The translations under genes and the position numbers were made by a program. A stretch of 64,000 nt of DNA from Escherichia phage garuso. The stretch lies in sequence record MN850566.1. One strand, written 5' to 3'. The first letter of the stretch is position 1, and the number at the start of each line of letters is the position of its first letter. The notes below the pieces were generated by a model that saw only the letters and a program-made list of their open reading frames with translations, was not told the origin of the DNA and made no database searches. This document shows positions 30,550 to 40,384 of this stretch, in pieces.

Positions 30550-31065
30550 ATGTATCTGTCAAACCTAAAACGTTCTGCTGCAATGTCAGTGCTAAGACTC
30601 AGCTTTGAGGAACGTCAAGAGTTCATTGACTCCCACCAATACGACCCTTCTAACTCCAATCACATGATTCTCTGGAATCGTGGCAGTACTCGTGAAAGAG
30701 CACTATTCCGTTACTACCCGCATTACACCATAGATAACCTGTATGAATGTTTTGTTGTGAAGAACACCATTACAGTACTTAATAGACTTTGCAGATACAC
30801 AGGTAGTCAATCCTTCACATTAGGCCACCACAAACCTGTTACAAAGGGTGGTGAGCATCACTGTGCGAACTGGTTTATCCAAACTAAAGCTGATAACCAG
30901 AAGCAAGGAGATAGACTCCTAAGCATCCCTAAGATGACCTATGAAGAGCAAGAGAAATATATCAAAAATAATATGCCAGATGTGCTTGACAACAACTATA
31001 CAGATTTGGCAATATCTCTCCTGTTGAAGTTCGAGACAGTTTATAGGGCAACTTACAATGGCTAA
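30550..31065 (+). CDS. HNH nuclease family protein
   Basis: 171 aa; LGHHKPVTKGGEHHCANWFIQTKADNQKQ fits HNH motif. Confidence 0.5.
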   Translation: MYLSNLKRSAAMSVLRLSFEERQEFIDSHQYDPSNSNHMILWNRGSTRERALFRYYPHYTIDNLYECFVVKNTITVLNRLCRYTGSQSFTLGHHKPVTKGGEHHCANWFIQTKADNQKQGDRLLSIPKMTYEEQEKYIKNNMPDVLDNNYTDLAISLLLKFETVYRATYNG

Positions 31066-31336
31066 AGAGAAGTGGGAGATTTTACCATTAGTCAGTGAAG
31101 GCGGTAATGGTTGTGAAATGTACATGATACGTGGTCATGTTCCAGAACCAATTGCACTTGAGATGGTAAACAACTTTACAGATGGCTCTTACAAAGACTT
31201 AGGGGAGCCAAATATAAAGCAGCAATGGGTAAAGCCTGTACCAGACAGCACAGGTAACTGTAGTGTACTTTATCACGTTGTAGACCCTGCAAAATGCAAA
31301 TCTGCAATGGCAGTAACAAACGTAACTTTTGATTGA
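31058..31336 (+). CDS. hypothetical protein
   Basis: 92 aa ORF. Confidence 0.4.
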   Translation: MAKEKWEILPLVSEGGNGCEMYMIRGHVPEPIALEMVNNFTDGSYKDLGEPNIKQQWVKPVPDSTGNCSVLYHVVDPAKCKSAMAVTNVTFD

Positions 31337-31347
31337 GAGAGAAAACT

Positions 31348-32229
31348 ATGAAAACTGTTATTGAAGCCGTCGTCACCGCACAAGAGAAATTCTTCCACAC
31401 AGAAAAATTTAATATCATTCAATTCCCATCTGGAGAAATTGGTGGAAACTTCTCTGAAGATTTTGTTAAGTTTACTGAGCGTAATGCTGGTAAGATTGAT
31501 AATGTTATAATTACTGTACAGGGATATGACAAAGATACACTGTTTGCATTAGCTTTGGCTAAGGATGCCGTTGACAGTCTTGTTCCCCAGAAATCAGCGA
31601 TGAAAACCGTTGTTTTCGGGTTCTTACCAAATGCTCGATATGACCGCCACATGTTCAAAGGTGATGCAGCAGCACTGAAAGTCTTTGCCAACCTAGTTAA
31701 TGCAATGGGTTTTGATGCAGTATGTGCTCTTGACCCTCACAGTAATGTTGCAGAAAACTTATTTAAGTGCTTTCAAAGCATGAAGCAAAAAGATGTGGCA
31801 GTACACTTTGCAAGTGACCCACGCATTGATTTCTTGGTAGCCCCAGATGCAGGTGCAGCTAAGAAGACTGAAGATACCGCTAAAGAGGTGGATAAACCGT
31901 ATATCACAATGTCTAAGGTGCGCAATCTTAAGACTGGTGAAATTACTGGTATGCGAATCCTTGATGATGTTGATTTGACAGATAAAACTGTCATGATTCT
32001 GGATGATATTTGTGATGGAGGCCGAACCTTCGTAGAGGCAGCTAAACACCTACGTGAAGCAGGTGCAAAACGTGTGGAACTCTATGTAACTCATGGTATT
32101 TTCTCTAAAGGTGTTGAAAACTTACTTGACAACGGTATTGACCATATCTACACTACAAACACTTTAGGTGAAGCTAAAGACCGTGGCTTAACACATTACG
32201 CCCAAGTTACTGTAGCAACCATTGATTGA
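31348..32229 (+). CDS. ribose-phosphate pyrophosphokinase-like protein (PRTase fold)
   Basis: PRPP-binding-type motif ILDDICDGGRT; start at ATG 31348 with SD; adjacent to NAMPT. Confidence 0.6.
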   Translation: MKTVIEAVVTAQEKFFHTEKFNIIQFPSGEIGGNFSEDFVKFTERNAGKIDNVIITVQGYDKDTLFALALAKDAVDSLVPQKSAMKTVVFGFLPNARYDRHMFKGDAAALKVFANLVNAMGFDAVCALDPHSNVAENLFKCFQSMKQKDVAVHFASDPRIDFLVAPDAGAAKKTEDTAKEVDKPYITMSKVRNLKTGEITGMRILDDVDLTDKTVMILDDICDGGRTFVEAAKHLREAGAKRVELYVTHGIFSKGVENLLDNGIDHIYTTNTLGEAKDRGLTHYAQVTVATID

Positions 32230-32274
32230 AACTTTATAGGGGCTTGAAAGCCCCACTTTGAGAGAGATTAAAAG

Positions 32275-34056
32275 ATGACTAAATCACTTTACGCAGTACC
32301 AGCAGGTCTTAATGCAGATGCTTACAAGGCATCACATATATATCAGTATCCAGATGCTACGCAATATCTTATGTTGAACCTGACACCACGTAGTGATAAA
32401 TGGTTTAACAGCCCTTTGGCAATTGACGGTGTAGTGGCTTTTGGTATTCAACGTTTCGTTAAAGATTACTTGATAGACCACTGGAACGCCACTTTCTTTG
32501 AACGTGATAAAAAAGAAGCCATTGATGAAATCTTAGAAATCATGAATGGTGTTCTGGGTAAAGATGCTATCGGTCGAGAGCACTGGGAAGCACTTCACGA
32601 CTTAGGTTATCTACCAGTTGAAGTATACGCTGTAGAAGAAGGTACAGTTGTCCCTATGCGCGTCCCAATGATTGTCTTCCAGAACACTGTTTCAGGCTTC
32701 CATTGGGTAGCGGGGTATCTGGAAGATGCTTTCTCTGCTGAGATTTGGAAGGCTTGTACCATTGCAACTATTGCATTGCACTACAAACGTATCTGTAAGA
32801 AGTGGGCTGACCTTACTTGTGACAACGACTTGCATTTGCCTTATCAGTGCCATGACTTTGCTATGCGTGGTATGTCCGGCTTTACTGATGACGCATTTAA
32901 CGCTGTAGGCCACTTAACCAGCTTTAAAGGAACTGATAGCTTCCCTGCTGTGTATACGGCTAAACGAATCTATGGACAGTCCTACCCAATCTCTGATATT
33001 GGTAGCTCTGTACCAGCCACTGAGCACTCTGTAATGTGTGCAAACATTGCTTGGGAAGGTGGTAATGAGTTGATTGAAGAAGAAAGACGCTTTAAAGGTG
33101 AGTTACAAACCTTCCGTCGTTTCTTAACAGAAACTTACCCAACTGGTATTGCAAGTGTTGTTTCAGACACTTATAACTTCTGGAGAACTGTGTCAGAAAT
33201 TTTACCAGCACTTCGTAAAGAAATTATGGAACGTGATGGCAAACTGGTAATTCGTCCTGACTCTGGAGACCCTGTACATATTGTCACAGGTTATAAAGCA
33301 ATCCACTTAGAATGTGCTAAAAAGGCTTATTACGAGCACCTAAGCAAGCTGGAAGCCAGTGACACAATGTTGAATGCTGTTCTGAACATGAAGCTTGAAA
33401 ATATCAACTATGGTATTGCTGGATGGCTACTGTCAGAAGGCTACGAAATGGTTGTTGACAGAGAAGACTTTGAAGTTGCTGATACAGTGATGTTGAAAAA
33501 TGCTTATATGGTTGGTTCTGCAAACGTTGTAACACGTCCTGTAGCTGAGATTGATGGAGCTATTAAGACACTGTACAACATTTTTGGGGGAACTATTAAC
33601 TCTAAAGGGTTTAAGGTACTGGATGAGCATATCGGACTTATCTATGGTGACTCTATCACGCTGGAACGTGCAAACGAAATCCTGAAGCGTCTGTATGAAA
33701 TGGGGTTTGCAAGCTCTAACGTGGTGTTTGGTGTAGGCTCTTACACTTACCAGTACATGACTCGTGACACCTTTGCATTTGCTGTCAAAGCAACTCTTGC
33801 AAGCATTGGTGGCAAAGAGATTATGCTTGCAAAAGACCCTAAAACAGATAGTGGTGTTAAGAAATCTGCCTTTGGTGGTGTAGCGCCTATGTGGGATGGT
33901 GATAAGTTGAAAGCTGTAGATGGCTATGGAATACAGAGTTTTGCAGATGCACTTGAACACCCAGCTTGTGCTTTACGTTTAGTCTTTAGCGACTCTGAGC
34001 AGTTCGGTTATACAACTCTTGGTGATATTCGAAATAATATTGACAAGCAGCTTTAA
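32275..34056 (+). CDS. nicotinamide phosphoribosyltransferase (NAMPT/NadV-like)
   Basis: 593 aa; size and neighbourhood with PRPP-synthetase-like gene as in phage NAD salvage modules. Confidence 0.65.
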   Translation: MTKSLYAVPAGLNADAYKASHIYQYPDATQYLMLNLTPRSDKWFNSPLAIDGVVAFGIQRFVKDYLIDHWNATFFERDKKEAIDEILEIMNGVLGKDAIGREHWEALHDLGYLPVEVYAVEEGTVVPMRVPMIVFQNTVSGFHWVAGYLEDAFSAEIWKACTIATIALHYKRICKKWADLTCDNDLHLPYQCHDFAMRGMSGFTDDAFNAVGHLTSFKGTDSFPAVYTAKRIYGQSYPISDIGSSVPATEHSVMCANIAWEGGNELIEEERRFKGELQTFRRFLTETYPTGIASVVSDTYNFWRTVSEILPALRKEIMERDGKLVIRPDSGDPVHIVTGYKAIHLECAKKAYYEHLSKLEASDTMLNAVLNMKLENINYGIAGWLLSEGYEMVVDREDFEVADTVMLKNAYMVGSANVVTRPVAEIDGAIKTLYNIFGGTINSKGFKVLDEHIGLIYGDSITLERANEILKRLYEMGFASSNVVFGVGSYTYQYMTRDTFAFAVKATLASIGGKEIMLAKDPKTDSGVKKSAFGGVAPMWDGDKLKAVDGYGIQSFADALEHPACALRLVFSDSEQFGYTTLGDIRNNIDKQL

Positions 34057-34061
34057 AAGTA

Positions 34062-34083
34062 TATGATAAGAGGCTCCTACGGG
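34062..34083 (+). terminator. rho-independent terminator
   Basis: GGCTCC-TAC-GGGAGCC followed by TTTTT. Confidence 0.6.
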
Positions 34084-34109
34084 AGCCTTTTTAATTTCTG
34101 GAGAAAACT

Positions 34110-34445
34110 ATGAAAATCAAAGAGATGAACATCAACATTGTCTTAGAAGAACGTTGGGAGAACATTAAGAAACCTGAAGATGGTAAAAAGTTCCTTAACA
34201 AAATTTTAGTAGCAGCTAAAGAAGAACTGACTGGCAAGATTGCAGCAGCAATCACAATAAAAATCTGTGTAAAAGGTCTTCCACAACATCACCAATTTGC
34301 ACTTGACGAGTTTAAAGAAAGCTTCTACAATCCAAACAAACAGATGCTTGAAAGTAACTTTGCAGTGTCTACAAGTATCGTCCATGACAGAAGCTTTATC
34401 CTTTACAAGAATATGAGAGGTGAGTCATGCAAGCATATTGGATAG
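34110..34445 (+). CDS. hypothetical protein
   Basis: 111 aa ORF. Confidence 0.45.
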   Translation: MKIKEMNINIVLEERWENIKKPEDGKKFLNKILVAAKEELTGKIAAAITIKICVKGLPQHHQFALDEFKESFYNPNKQMLESNFAVSTSIVHDRSFILYKNMRGESCKHIG

Positions 34446-34604
34446 AAATTTTACTGTCACTTGGTAGTGTAGCAGTATTTGTTTACCTTCTTTGCAAGTA
34501 CTATGCAGAGCACAAGAAGTGTGATTACTGCAACGGGGAAGGGTACACAAGAGCAGGTTGTTGCCCTATTTGTGGTGGTTCTGGTAAAATGTTTAATAAG
34601 TAAT
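34428..34604 (+). CDS. hypothetical small membrane zinc-ribbon protein
   Basis: 58-codon ORF not in track (below cutoff): hydrophobic N-terminus then CDYCNG...CPICGG. Confidence 0.3.
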
Positions 34605-34631
34605 TTAACAGTAAACTAAGAGGAAAGTATT

Positions 34632-36998
34632 ATGCGCATGGTAAACGACCACGCAGAAGTGATTAAGAGTTCAACTTCTTTGGAGACATCTCAAGCACAG
34701 ATTACAATGACACCTGAAATGTTCAGCCTTTTGAGTTCAGGTGTATACACATTCAAAGAAAGGGCAGTGATTCGTGAACTGTCATGTAACGCAGTAGATG
34801 CTCAAAAAGAAGCTGGAAAAGAGAACATCCCATTCCATGTGCATTTACCTACTCGATTTGAGCCTTACTTTGAAGTCCGTGACTTTGGAACTGGTTTAAC
34901 CCATGACAAAGTAATGAGTTTGTATCTGAACTATGGGGCTTCTACGAAGAATGACTCCAATGATTACATTGGTGCAATGGGTATCGGCTCAAAATCCCCA
35001 TTTGCAATTGCTCAGTCATTCACAGTATCTAGCTATGTTGATGGTGTTGTTAATAAGTACTCTGTTTACCTTGAGAATGGTATCCCTCAAGTAACTAAGC
35101 TTACTACCAACCCAACAAATGAACCCAATGGTTTAGCTGTACGTGTGGCAGTTGCTGACCATCGTATTTCAAAGTTCTTTGAAGAGGCTGGTCACGTATA
35201 CTCATACTTTGCTGTAAAACCAGAAAGTAACATTGTGTATGATGATGTATTAGCAGATATGAATGTCATTGCCCGTGAAGAGGGTGTTTATGATGCTATG
35301 ATTCATAAGCAAAGCTGGCGTTCTAGTGGCAACAGGACAGAGTTTAATGTGGTGATGGGTAATATTGCCTACCCAGTGAACATGGAAGCATTACTTGGTG
35401 ATGATTTCTTCAAAGTCTTGCCAGAGTTTTTCCGTAGGAGCGTAGACCTTGTAAACATCTACATGCCTATTGGTTCAGTGGCTATTGCAGCTTCTCGTGA
35501 AGCATTGCAGATGAATGACACGACAAAAAATGTTATCATTGAGGCTACTAAAAAGATAACTGAAGCCATTACAAAGGATGTTATCAAGAAAGTTAACAAC
35601 CAACCTACACTCATGGATGCTGCACAGGCTTATGCTGAGTTACGTTTGAACTCACGAGAGATGTTTAATGCTGTGTGTCCAAAGCTAGAGTGGGGAGGCA
35701 TTAAGCTTGATTCTCTGGAAGAAGAATTACTAAACATTCGTCGTGGGATTATCTACGCAGAAGACGGCTCAGTCATTTATGAACGTGACGGTAAAGGTAA
35801 TATCAAGGTTGATAGGAACGGGAACAATATCCCTAAAGTGGATTATCTTTATAATCCAGTTGCTTATGTCAAGTTCAACTCTTTAGAGAGTAAGATTCGT
35901 GCAGCAGCACTTTCCTACACTCAAGAGGCAAGTATGTTCAATATCTTTGGTGCAATGCGTAAAAGCCAAATTGAACAGTTTTTGTTCGTGATTAATGACC
36001 GTCGTAATAAAAATGGCACTGAGAAGACTGTAGGCCGCAATCAGATTCTGCGTGGTGCATGTCGAGACTACGCTAGCGAGTCAAGCCTGTTCCACAGATA
36101 CAATGGTATTGTGTTTGTATTCTCGACTGAAAAAGAGTTAGATGATTTAATCAATCTACACAAGCTTGATAAAAGTTTGTTAAAGATTGTGAAGATGTCT
36201 GATAAGGAACACCATTATCAGCGTAAAGAAGCTGTGAGGGGTGTTGTAAAACTCTGGAAAGCTGTTCCATCAGAAACTAAAGCTTCATACACAGAGGTGT
36301 CAGAAGACCTAGATACAATTGAAGAACCCCAGCTTTATATCAAGGCAGTAGGCGACACAGTTGATGGTGAATGTTTTTGCTCATCCCCAGAAGATGTAGC
36401 TAAAACAATTGCTAATGTTATAGGAAAAACAGTCTATGTTTTCCGAAAAGCAAATTGGAAAAAGATACCAGAAGACTGGATTGAAGTAGATGAGAAGCTA
36501 TTGAATGACAGCTTAACTGATGTTCACTGGATTAATCATAACAGGTATATGACACGTATCTATATGAATGGTGTCCTTGACCTTACAAGTAGTTGGATTA
36601 TTGCCAGAAACTTTACGTTTAATAACAAGAAGATTTCTCGCGGGTATTGCTATTCACGAGATACAAACAAAACCATCTTCTTAGAAGGTAATGAGAATGC
36701 TGTTGAGGCAATGTTTGGTAAGATTCAGTATGTGGCTGCACCGTTTGCATACACTTACACTATCAGTGTTCTTCAGGATTTGAAGTCATGCCTTGACAAT
36801 GATACAAAACTGTACAAAAAGATTAAGAAAGCGGGTGACCGCATGGTTATCAAACTGACAAACTATCTTTCAAAAAGAAAACAAGAAAACTTCTTGCTTT
36901 CTCATTTAGATTGGAATAAAGTGTCACCCATCGAAGTGAGTAAGTTCTTAGGTTTTGATGTGAAGTGTGTTCCAGAAGGAACTACAATTTACGATTAA
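34632..36998 (+). CDS. GHKL-type (Hsp90/MutL-like) ATPase-domain protein
   Basis: N-terminal Bergerat-fold motifs RELSCNAVDA, DFGTGLT, GAMGIGSKSPF; 788 aa; remainder unassigned. Confidence 0.55.
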   Translation: MRMVNDHAEVIKSSTSLETSQAQITMTPEMFSLLSSGVYTFKERAVIRELSCNAVDAQKEAGKENIPFHVHLPTRFEPYFEVRDFGTGLTHDKVMSLYLNYGASTKNDSNDYIGAMGIGSKSPFAIAQSFTVSSYVDGVVNKYSVYLENGIPQVTKLTTNPTNEPNGLAVRVAVADHRISKFFEEAGHVYSYFAVKPESNIVYDDVLADMNVIAREEGVYDAMIHKQSWRSSGNRTEFNVVMGNIAYPVNMEALLGDDFFKVLPEFFRRSVDLVNIYMPIGSVAIAASREALQMNDTTKNVIIEATKKITEAITKDVIKKVNNQPTLMDAAQAYAELRLNSREMFNAVCPKLEWGGIKLDSLEEELLNIRRGIIYAEDGSVIYERDGKGNIKVDRNGNNIPKVDYLYNPVAYVKFNSLESKIRAAALSYTQEASMFNIFGAMRKSQIEQFLFVINDRRNKNGTEKTVGRNQILRGACRDYASESSLFHRYNGIVFVFSTEKELDDLINLHKLDKSLLKIVKMSDKEHHYQRKEAVRGVVKLWKAVPSETKASYTEVSEDLDTIEEPQLYIKAVGDTVDGECFCSSPEDVAKTIANVIGKTVYVFRKANWKKIPEDWIEVDEKLLNDSLTDVHWINHNRYMTRIYMNGVLDLTSSWIIARNFTFNNKKISRGYCYSRDTNKTIFLEGNENAVEAMFGKIQYVAAPFAYTYTISVLQDLKSCLDNDTKLYKKIKKAGDRMVIKLTNYLSKRKQENFLLSHLDWNKVSPIEVSKFLGFDVKCVPEGTTIYD

Positions 36999-37077
36999 AG
37001 TGTTTGACAAGGGGCTTCGAAGCCCCTTAGAATAGCCTTACAAAATGATTTATTAACTAACAAGAGAGAGTAATAAG

Positions 37078-38187
37078 ATGACTACTAAAACTAAAGCACA
37101 GATTGACGCAGAAATTTACGAACTGGTTAAAGAAGGTAAGCTGACTAAAACAGCTATTGCACAGAAGTTCAATACTTCAACCCGTTCAGTTGGTCGTGCT
37201 GTAGAGCGTCATGAAGCAACCTTAAAAGGTAAGAAAAAGGTAGCTTCTAAACCAGCTACGAAGACTTTGAAGCAAGTTGCTAAATCAGTTAAAAAGAAAG
37301 CTGACAAACCAGTTGAAAAGGTTGTTAAAGAGCCTGTACAGAAAGCTCCGGTAAATAAACTGCATGAAGCTATGCAGAATGGCAACCAGATTGAGTACAT
37401 GATTACTGGCGACTCTGTTATCATGACTTTCGGTGCAGATTCTGAAATCGTTGAATCTACCCATCCGAACTACAAAGAAATCGTGATGGCTGTTGTATCC
37501 GGTGAGTATAAGAAAGCTTTCGAACTGATGAACATTCGTAAGTCTATCGAAAACTTCACTCAGGGTGCTATCACCATCAAAGGTGACAAGTTATTCTACG
37601 GTGCTGTTGAGATGCGTTCTACTCTGGTTGACCGTATTCTTCACATGATGAAGACTGGAGATAAGGGTTTTGAACGCCTTGTGATGTTCTTCGAAAAACT
37701 GATGGAAAACCCATCTAAAGACTCTGTAGAACAACTTTGGGGATTCGTATCTCACCTTGATGTTGAAATTGATGAAGAAGGCTACATCATTGGTTGGAAG
37801 AAAGTCTCTACTCATGAAGGCAAGCTGGTTGACTCCCACACCTACAGAGTACCTAATGATTTGGGTAACATTGTAGAAATGCCACGTTGGATGGTTGATA
37901 ATAACCGTAACGTGACTTGCTCTCAGGGTCTTCACGTTGGTGCTTGGGATTATGTTCGTTGCTTCTCAGGTGATACAATCCTGAAGGTTCGTGTCCATCC
38001 ACGAGATGTTGTATCTGTTCCAACTGATTACAACGATATGAAGATGCGTTCGTCTCGTTATGAAGTTGCAGCAATCGTTGATAATCAACGTAAAGTGCTG
38101 AAAGAATGGGATGGCAAGACTGAAGCTTTGCATGTCATCGTTGGCACTGCTGGTGAACTAATCTCCCAACGTAAACGTGAAATCTAA
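37078..38187 (+). CDS. hypothetical protein with N-terminal HTH-like segment
   Basis: 369 aa; N-terminal LTKTAIAQKFNTSTRSVGRAVERH then Lys-rich linker. Confidence 0.45.
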   Translation: MTTKTKAQIDAEIYELVKEGKLTKTAIAQKFNTSTRSVGRAVERHEATLKGKKKVASKPATKTLKQVAKSVKKKADKPVEKVVKEPVQKAPVNKLHEAMQNGNQIEYMITGDSVIMTFGADSEIVESTHPNYKEIVMAVVSGEYKKAFELMNIRKSIENFTQGAITIKGDKLFYGAVEMRSTLVDRILHMMKTGDKGFERLVMFFEKLMENPSKDSVEQLWGFVSHLDVEIDEEGYIIGWKKVSTHEGKLVDSHTYRVPNDLGNIVEMPRWMVDNNRNVTCSQGLHVGAWDYVRCFSGDTILKVRVHPRDVVSVPTDYNDMKMRSSRYEVAAIVDNQRKVLKEWDGKTEALHVIVGTAGELISQRKREI

Positions 38188-38203
38188 TAAGTAATTTCTT
38201 AAA

Positions 38204-38228
38204 AGGCTGCTTCGGCGGCCTTTTTTAT
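38204..38228 (+). terminator. rho-independent terminator
   Basis: GGCTGC-TTCG-GCGGCC followed by TTTTTT. Confidence 0.55.
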
Positions 38229-38287
38229 TTGTATTTTGTGCAGAGTGCTGTATAATTGTTGTCACGATAAACTAAACAGGAGAACCA

Positions 38288-38836
38288 ATGAAGAAATTGA
38301 TTCTAGGTTTGTGCTTAATGTTTACAGCACACTTATCTTATGCAGTTGACTGCCCAGAGCTATCAATTAGCCAAAAAGTAAACATGTTAAAAGCTTACCA
38401 GTATGGTGAGAATAACATGGGTAAAGGTTGGGGTATCACTCTAGCTGCTATAGCCTTACAAGAGTCAGAGTTAGGTCTGAAGGTAGAGAATAAAAAGACA
38501 CATGATTATGGTATCTTCCAGAATCACTTGAAGACTGTTGTAAAGCGTAACAAAATTAGTCCTAATGTGGCTAAAAAGAAACTCTTAAAAGACTTTGACT
38601 ATGCTGCGAAGGAAACTCACAAAGAGCTTGAGTTTTGGACAAAGGTGCATGGTCAGCCAAAGTCAAAGAAGACTTTACAAAAAGTTTTAGCATCATATAA
38701 TGCTGGGTATTCGTACAAAATCCCTAAAGCTAAGAAATATTCTCAAGATGTCTATAACAACATGAAAGTCATTGCTCAATGTGAATTTGCAATAAACATT
38801 TCTAAGGTAAACCATGAAAAAATTAAAAAAGTCTGA
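38288..38836 (+). CDS. putative secreted lytic transglycosylase (SLT-like)
   Basis: Signal peptide MKKLILGLCLMFTAHLSYA; SLT-like motifs ALQESELG, YGIFQ, YNAGYSY. Confidence 0.5.
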   Translation: MKKLILGLCLMFTAHLSYAVDCPELSISQKVNMLKAYQYGENNMGKGWGITLAAIALQESELGLKVENKKTHDYGIFQNHLKTVVKRNKISPNVAKKKLLKDFDYAAKETHKELEFWTKVHGQPKSKKTLQKVLASYNAGYSYKIPKAKKYSQDVYNNMKVIAQCEFAINISKVNHEKIKKV

Positions 38837-39509
38837 TGAAGTACTGTGTCATGCTTACGACTTACATCCTCATGAGTTAGGTCTTGATTCCTGTGTATGG
38901 ACTCCAGAACAGTGTAGGGATTTTGAAGACACTGCAAGAGAAGTTGTATGTTCACTCGAAGAGTTCCACACATCAGAGCCAATTGTGAATGTTGTAGATA
39001 AAGAGACTGGACAAACTATAGGTGTAAGTCGTGATAGCTTAGTCATAGTCAATAAAGACCTTGTAGAAAAAGGTAACCTCATCTTAGCAGATATTGATGG
39101 TGTTCTTACAAATTTTAATCACGAAGATTGCTCAACGGAATTGACTGATGGGTCATTCTCACAGTACACTAATCTTCTTGACTCTGTAAGAGCAAAACCA
39201 ACGTATGTCTTTAGTATTATTGATGCAATTGCTAATCATGCTGCCGTTGGACTCTTGACAGCGAGAGGCGAATCTCAGAGAATACCTACTGAGATGTTTT
39301 TAAGGCATAACACAGAGCATGATTATATGCTTTTTATGCGTGGTTTTGGAACTAACTCTATAAGTGCAGAAAGTTTGAAAGTGAGGATGATTCAGTCTTG
39401 CATTCTGCCTTACTTTAATATAGTATGTTTTATAGAAGATACAGAGAAGAATGTGCAGAAGGTGAATAGAATCCTTCCACACATCAAAACCATGTTAGTT
39501 AAACATTGA
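38814..39509 (+). CDS. HAD-family phosphatase (possible 5'-deoxynucleotidase)
   Basis: HAD motif I LADIDGVL and downstream LLTARGE. Confidence 0.5.
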   Translation: MKKLKKSDEVLCHAYDLHPHELGLDSCVWTPEQCRDFEDTAREVVCSLEEFHTSEPIVNVVDKETGQTIGVSRDSLVIVNKDLVEKGNLILADIDGVLTNFNHEDCSTELTDGSFSQYTNLLDSVRAKPTYVFSIIDAIANHAAVGLLTARGESQRIPTEMFLRHNTEHDYMLFMRGFGTNSISAESLKVRMIQSCILPYFNIVCFIEDTEKNVQKVNRILPHIKTMLVKH

Positions 39510-39519
39510 GAGAAAACTT

Positions 39520-39984
39520 ATGAACAATATCATTACGGTAGCACTGGACGTTACGGCAAACAAATCTGAAGTAGTTCGTAACATTATCAAGAACAACTTT
39601 GAGGGTAAAATCTTTCGTGCTGTCAACGTAAAAGCAGACGGTAACATCAGAGAGTATCGTGCTCTTTTGAATGTTAAGAAACACGTCAAAGGTGCTGGTT
39701 CAACGACTGCACACAAAGAAAACCTGATGACTATCTATGATATGGGTATGGCTTCAGAGTTAGGTGCTGAAGGTATCGTTAAAGAAGGTGCTCCGTATCG
39801 CTCTTTCAATCTGGAAACTGCTCTCATGCTTTCCTTTACAAGTGGTTCTAAAACAACTACTTATCTCTTTACTGATGCTGCAACGGTATCTGCTATCAAG
39901 GATAACGCTATCAAAGCTGGGGTAGCTGCTGCTGCAAAAGCTTCTTCGATGGCTGCAAATGTCCTTGCTAAAGTCCTCGGTTAA
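39520..39984 (+). CDS. hypothetical protein
   Basis: 154 aa ORF. Confidence 0.5.
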   Translation: MNNIITVALDVTANKSEVVRNIIKNNFEGKIFRAVNVKADGNIREYRALLNVKKHVKGAGSTTAHKENLMTIYDMGMASELGAEGIVKEGAPYRSFNLETALMLSFTSGSKTTTYLFTDAATVSAIKDNAIKAGVAAAAKASSMAANVLAKVLG

Positions 39985-39996
39985 GGTTAAGATACA

Positions 39997-40019
39997 GGCT
40001 CCTTCGGGAGCCTTTTTCA
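39997..40019 (+). terminator. rho-independent terminator
   Basis: GGCTCC-TTCG-GGAGCC followed by TTTTT. Confidence 0.6.
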
Positions 40020-40036
40020 TTTCAGGAGATTGTTAA

Positions 40037-40384
40037 ATGACATTTAAAGAGTTCTGTCAAGCTACTTTCATAATTGTTTTCTTAGTTGGGGCAGGTGTCT
40101 GGGGAGGATACTCTTACAGAGACTATCAAGTTGCTGAAACTGAGCTAAACAATCAAAAGCTCATAAGTGTTGCTAAAGATGCTTATCAGGAAGGATTAGT
40201 AACATTGAGCACCAATTACAAAAATGATTTGAAGGATGTGCTTGCTAAGAATAAGCATACAAAAGAGGTACTAACATATGAAAAAACTAAGCCAGAGTTT
40301 TATAATGTTTGTGTTACTGATAACTATGTCAGGGTGTTCAACGAACAAAGTGAGCAGTACATTCAAAAACTCCCAAGTAAGTGA
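40037..40384 (+). CDS. putative i-spanin-like protein (N-terminal TM)
   Basis: 115 aa; N-terminal TM FIIVFLVGAGVWGG then helical periplasmic part; overlaps lipoprotein ORF in another frame. Confidence 0.35.
   Translation: MTFKEFCQATFIIVFLVGAGVWGGYSYRDYQVAETELNNQKLISVAKDAYQEGLVTLSTNYKNDLKDVLAKNKHTKEVLTYEKTKPEFYNVCVTDNYVRVFNEQSEQYIQKLPSK

Noticed and set aside
32230-32265. Hairpin GGGGCTT-GAAA-GCCCC between the PRPP-synthetase-like gene and NAMPT
   Set aside because: Not followed by a U-tract; not listed as a terminator.
36990-37030. Hairpin AAGGGGCTTCGAAGCCCCTT after the GHKL gene as a terminator
   Set aside because: Strong stem but no downstream T-run, so not listed as a terminator; may still be a processing or pause site.
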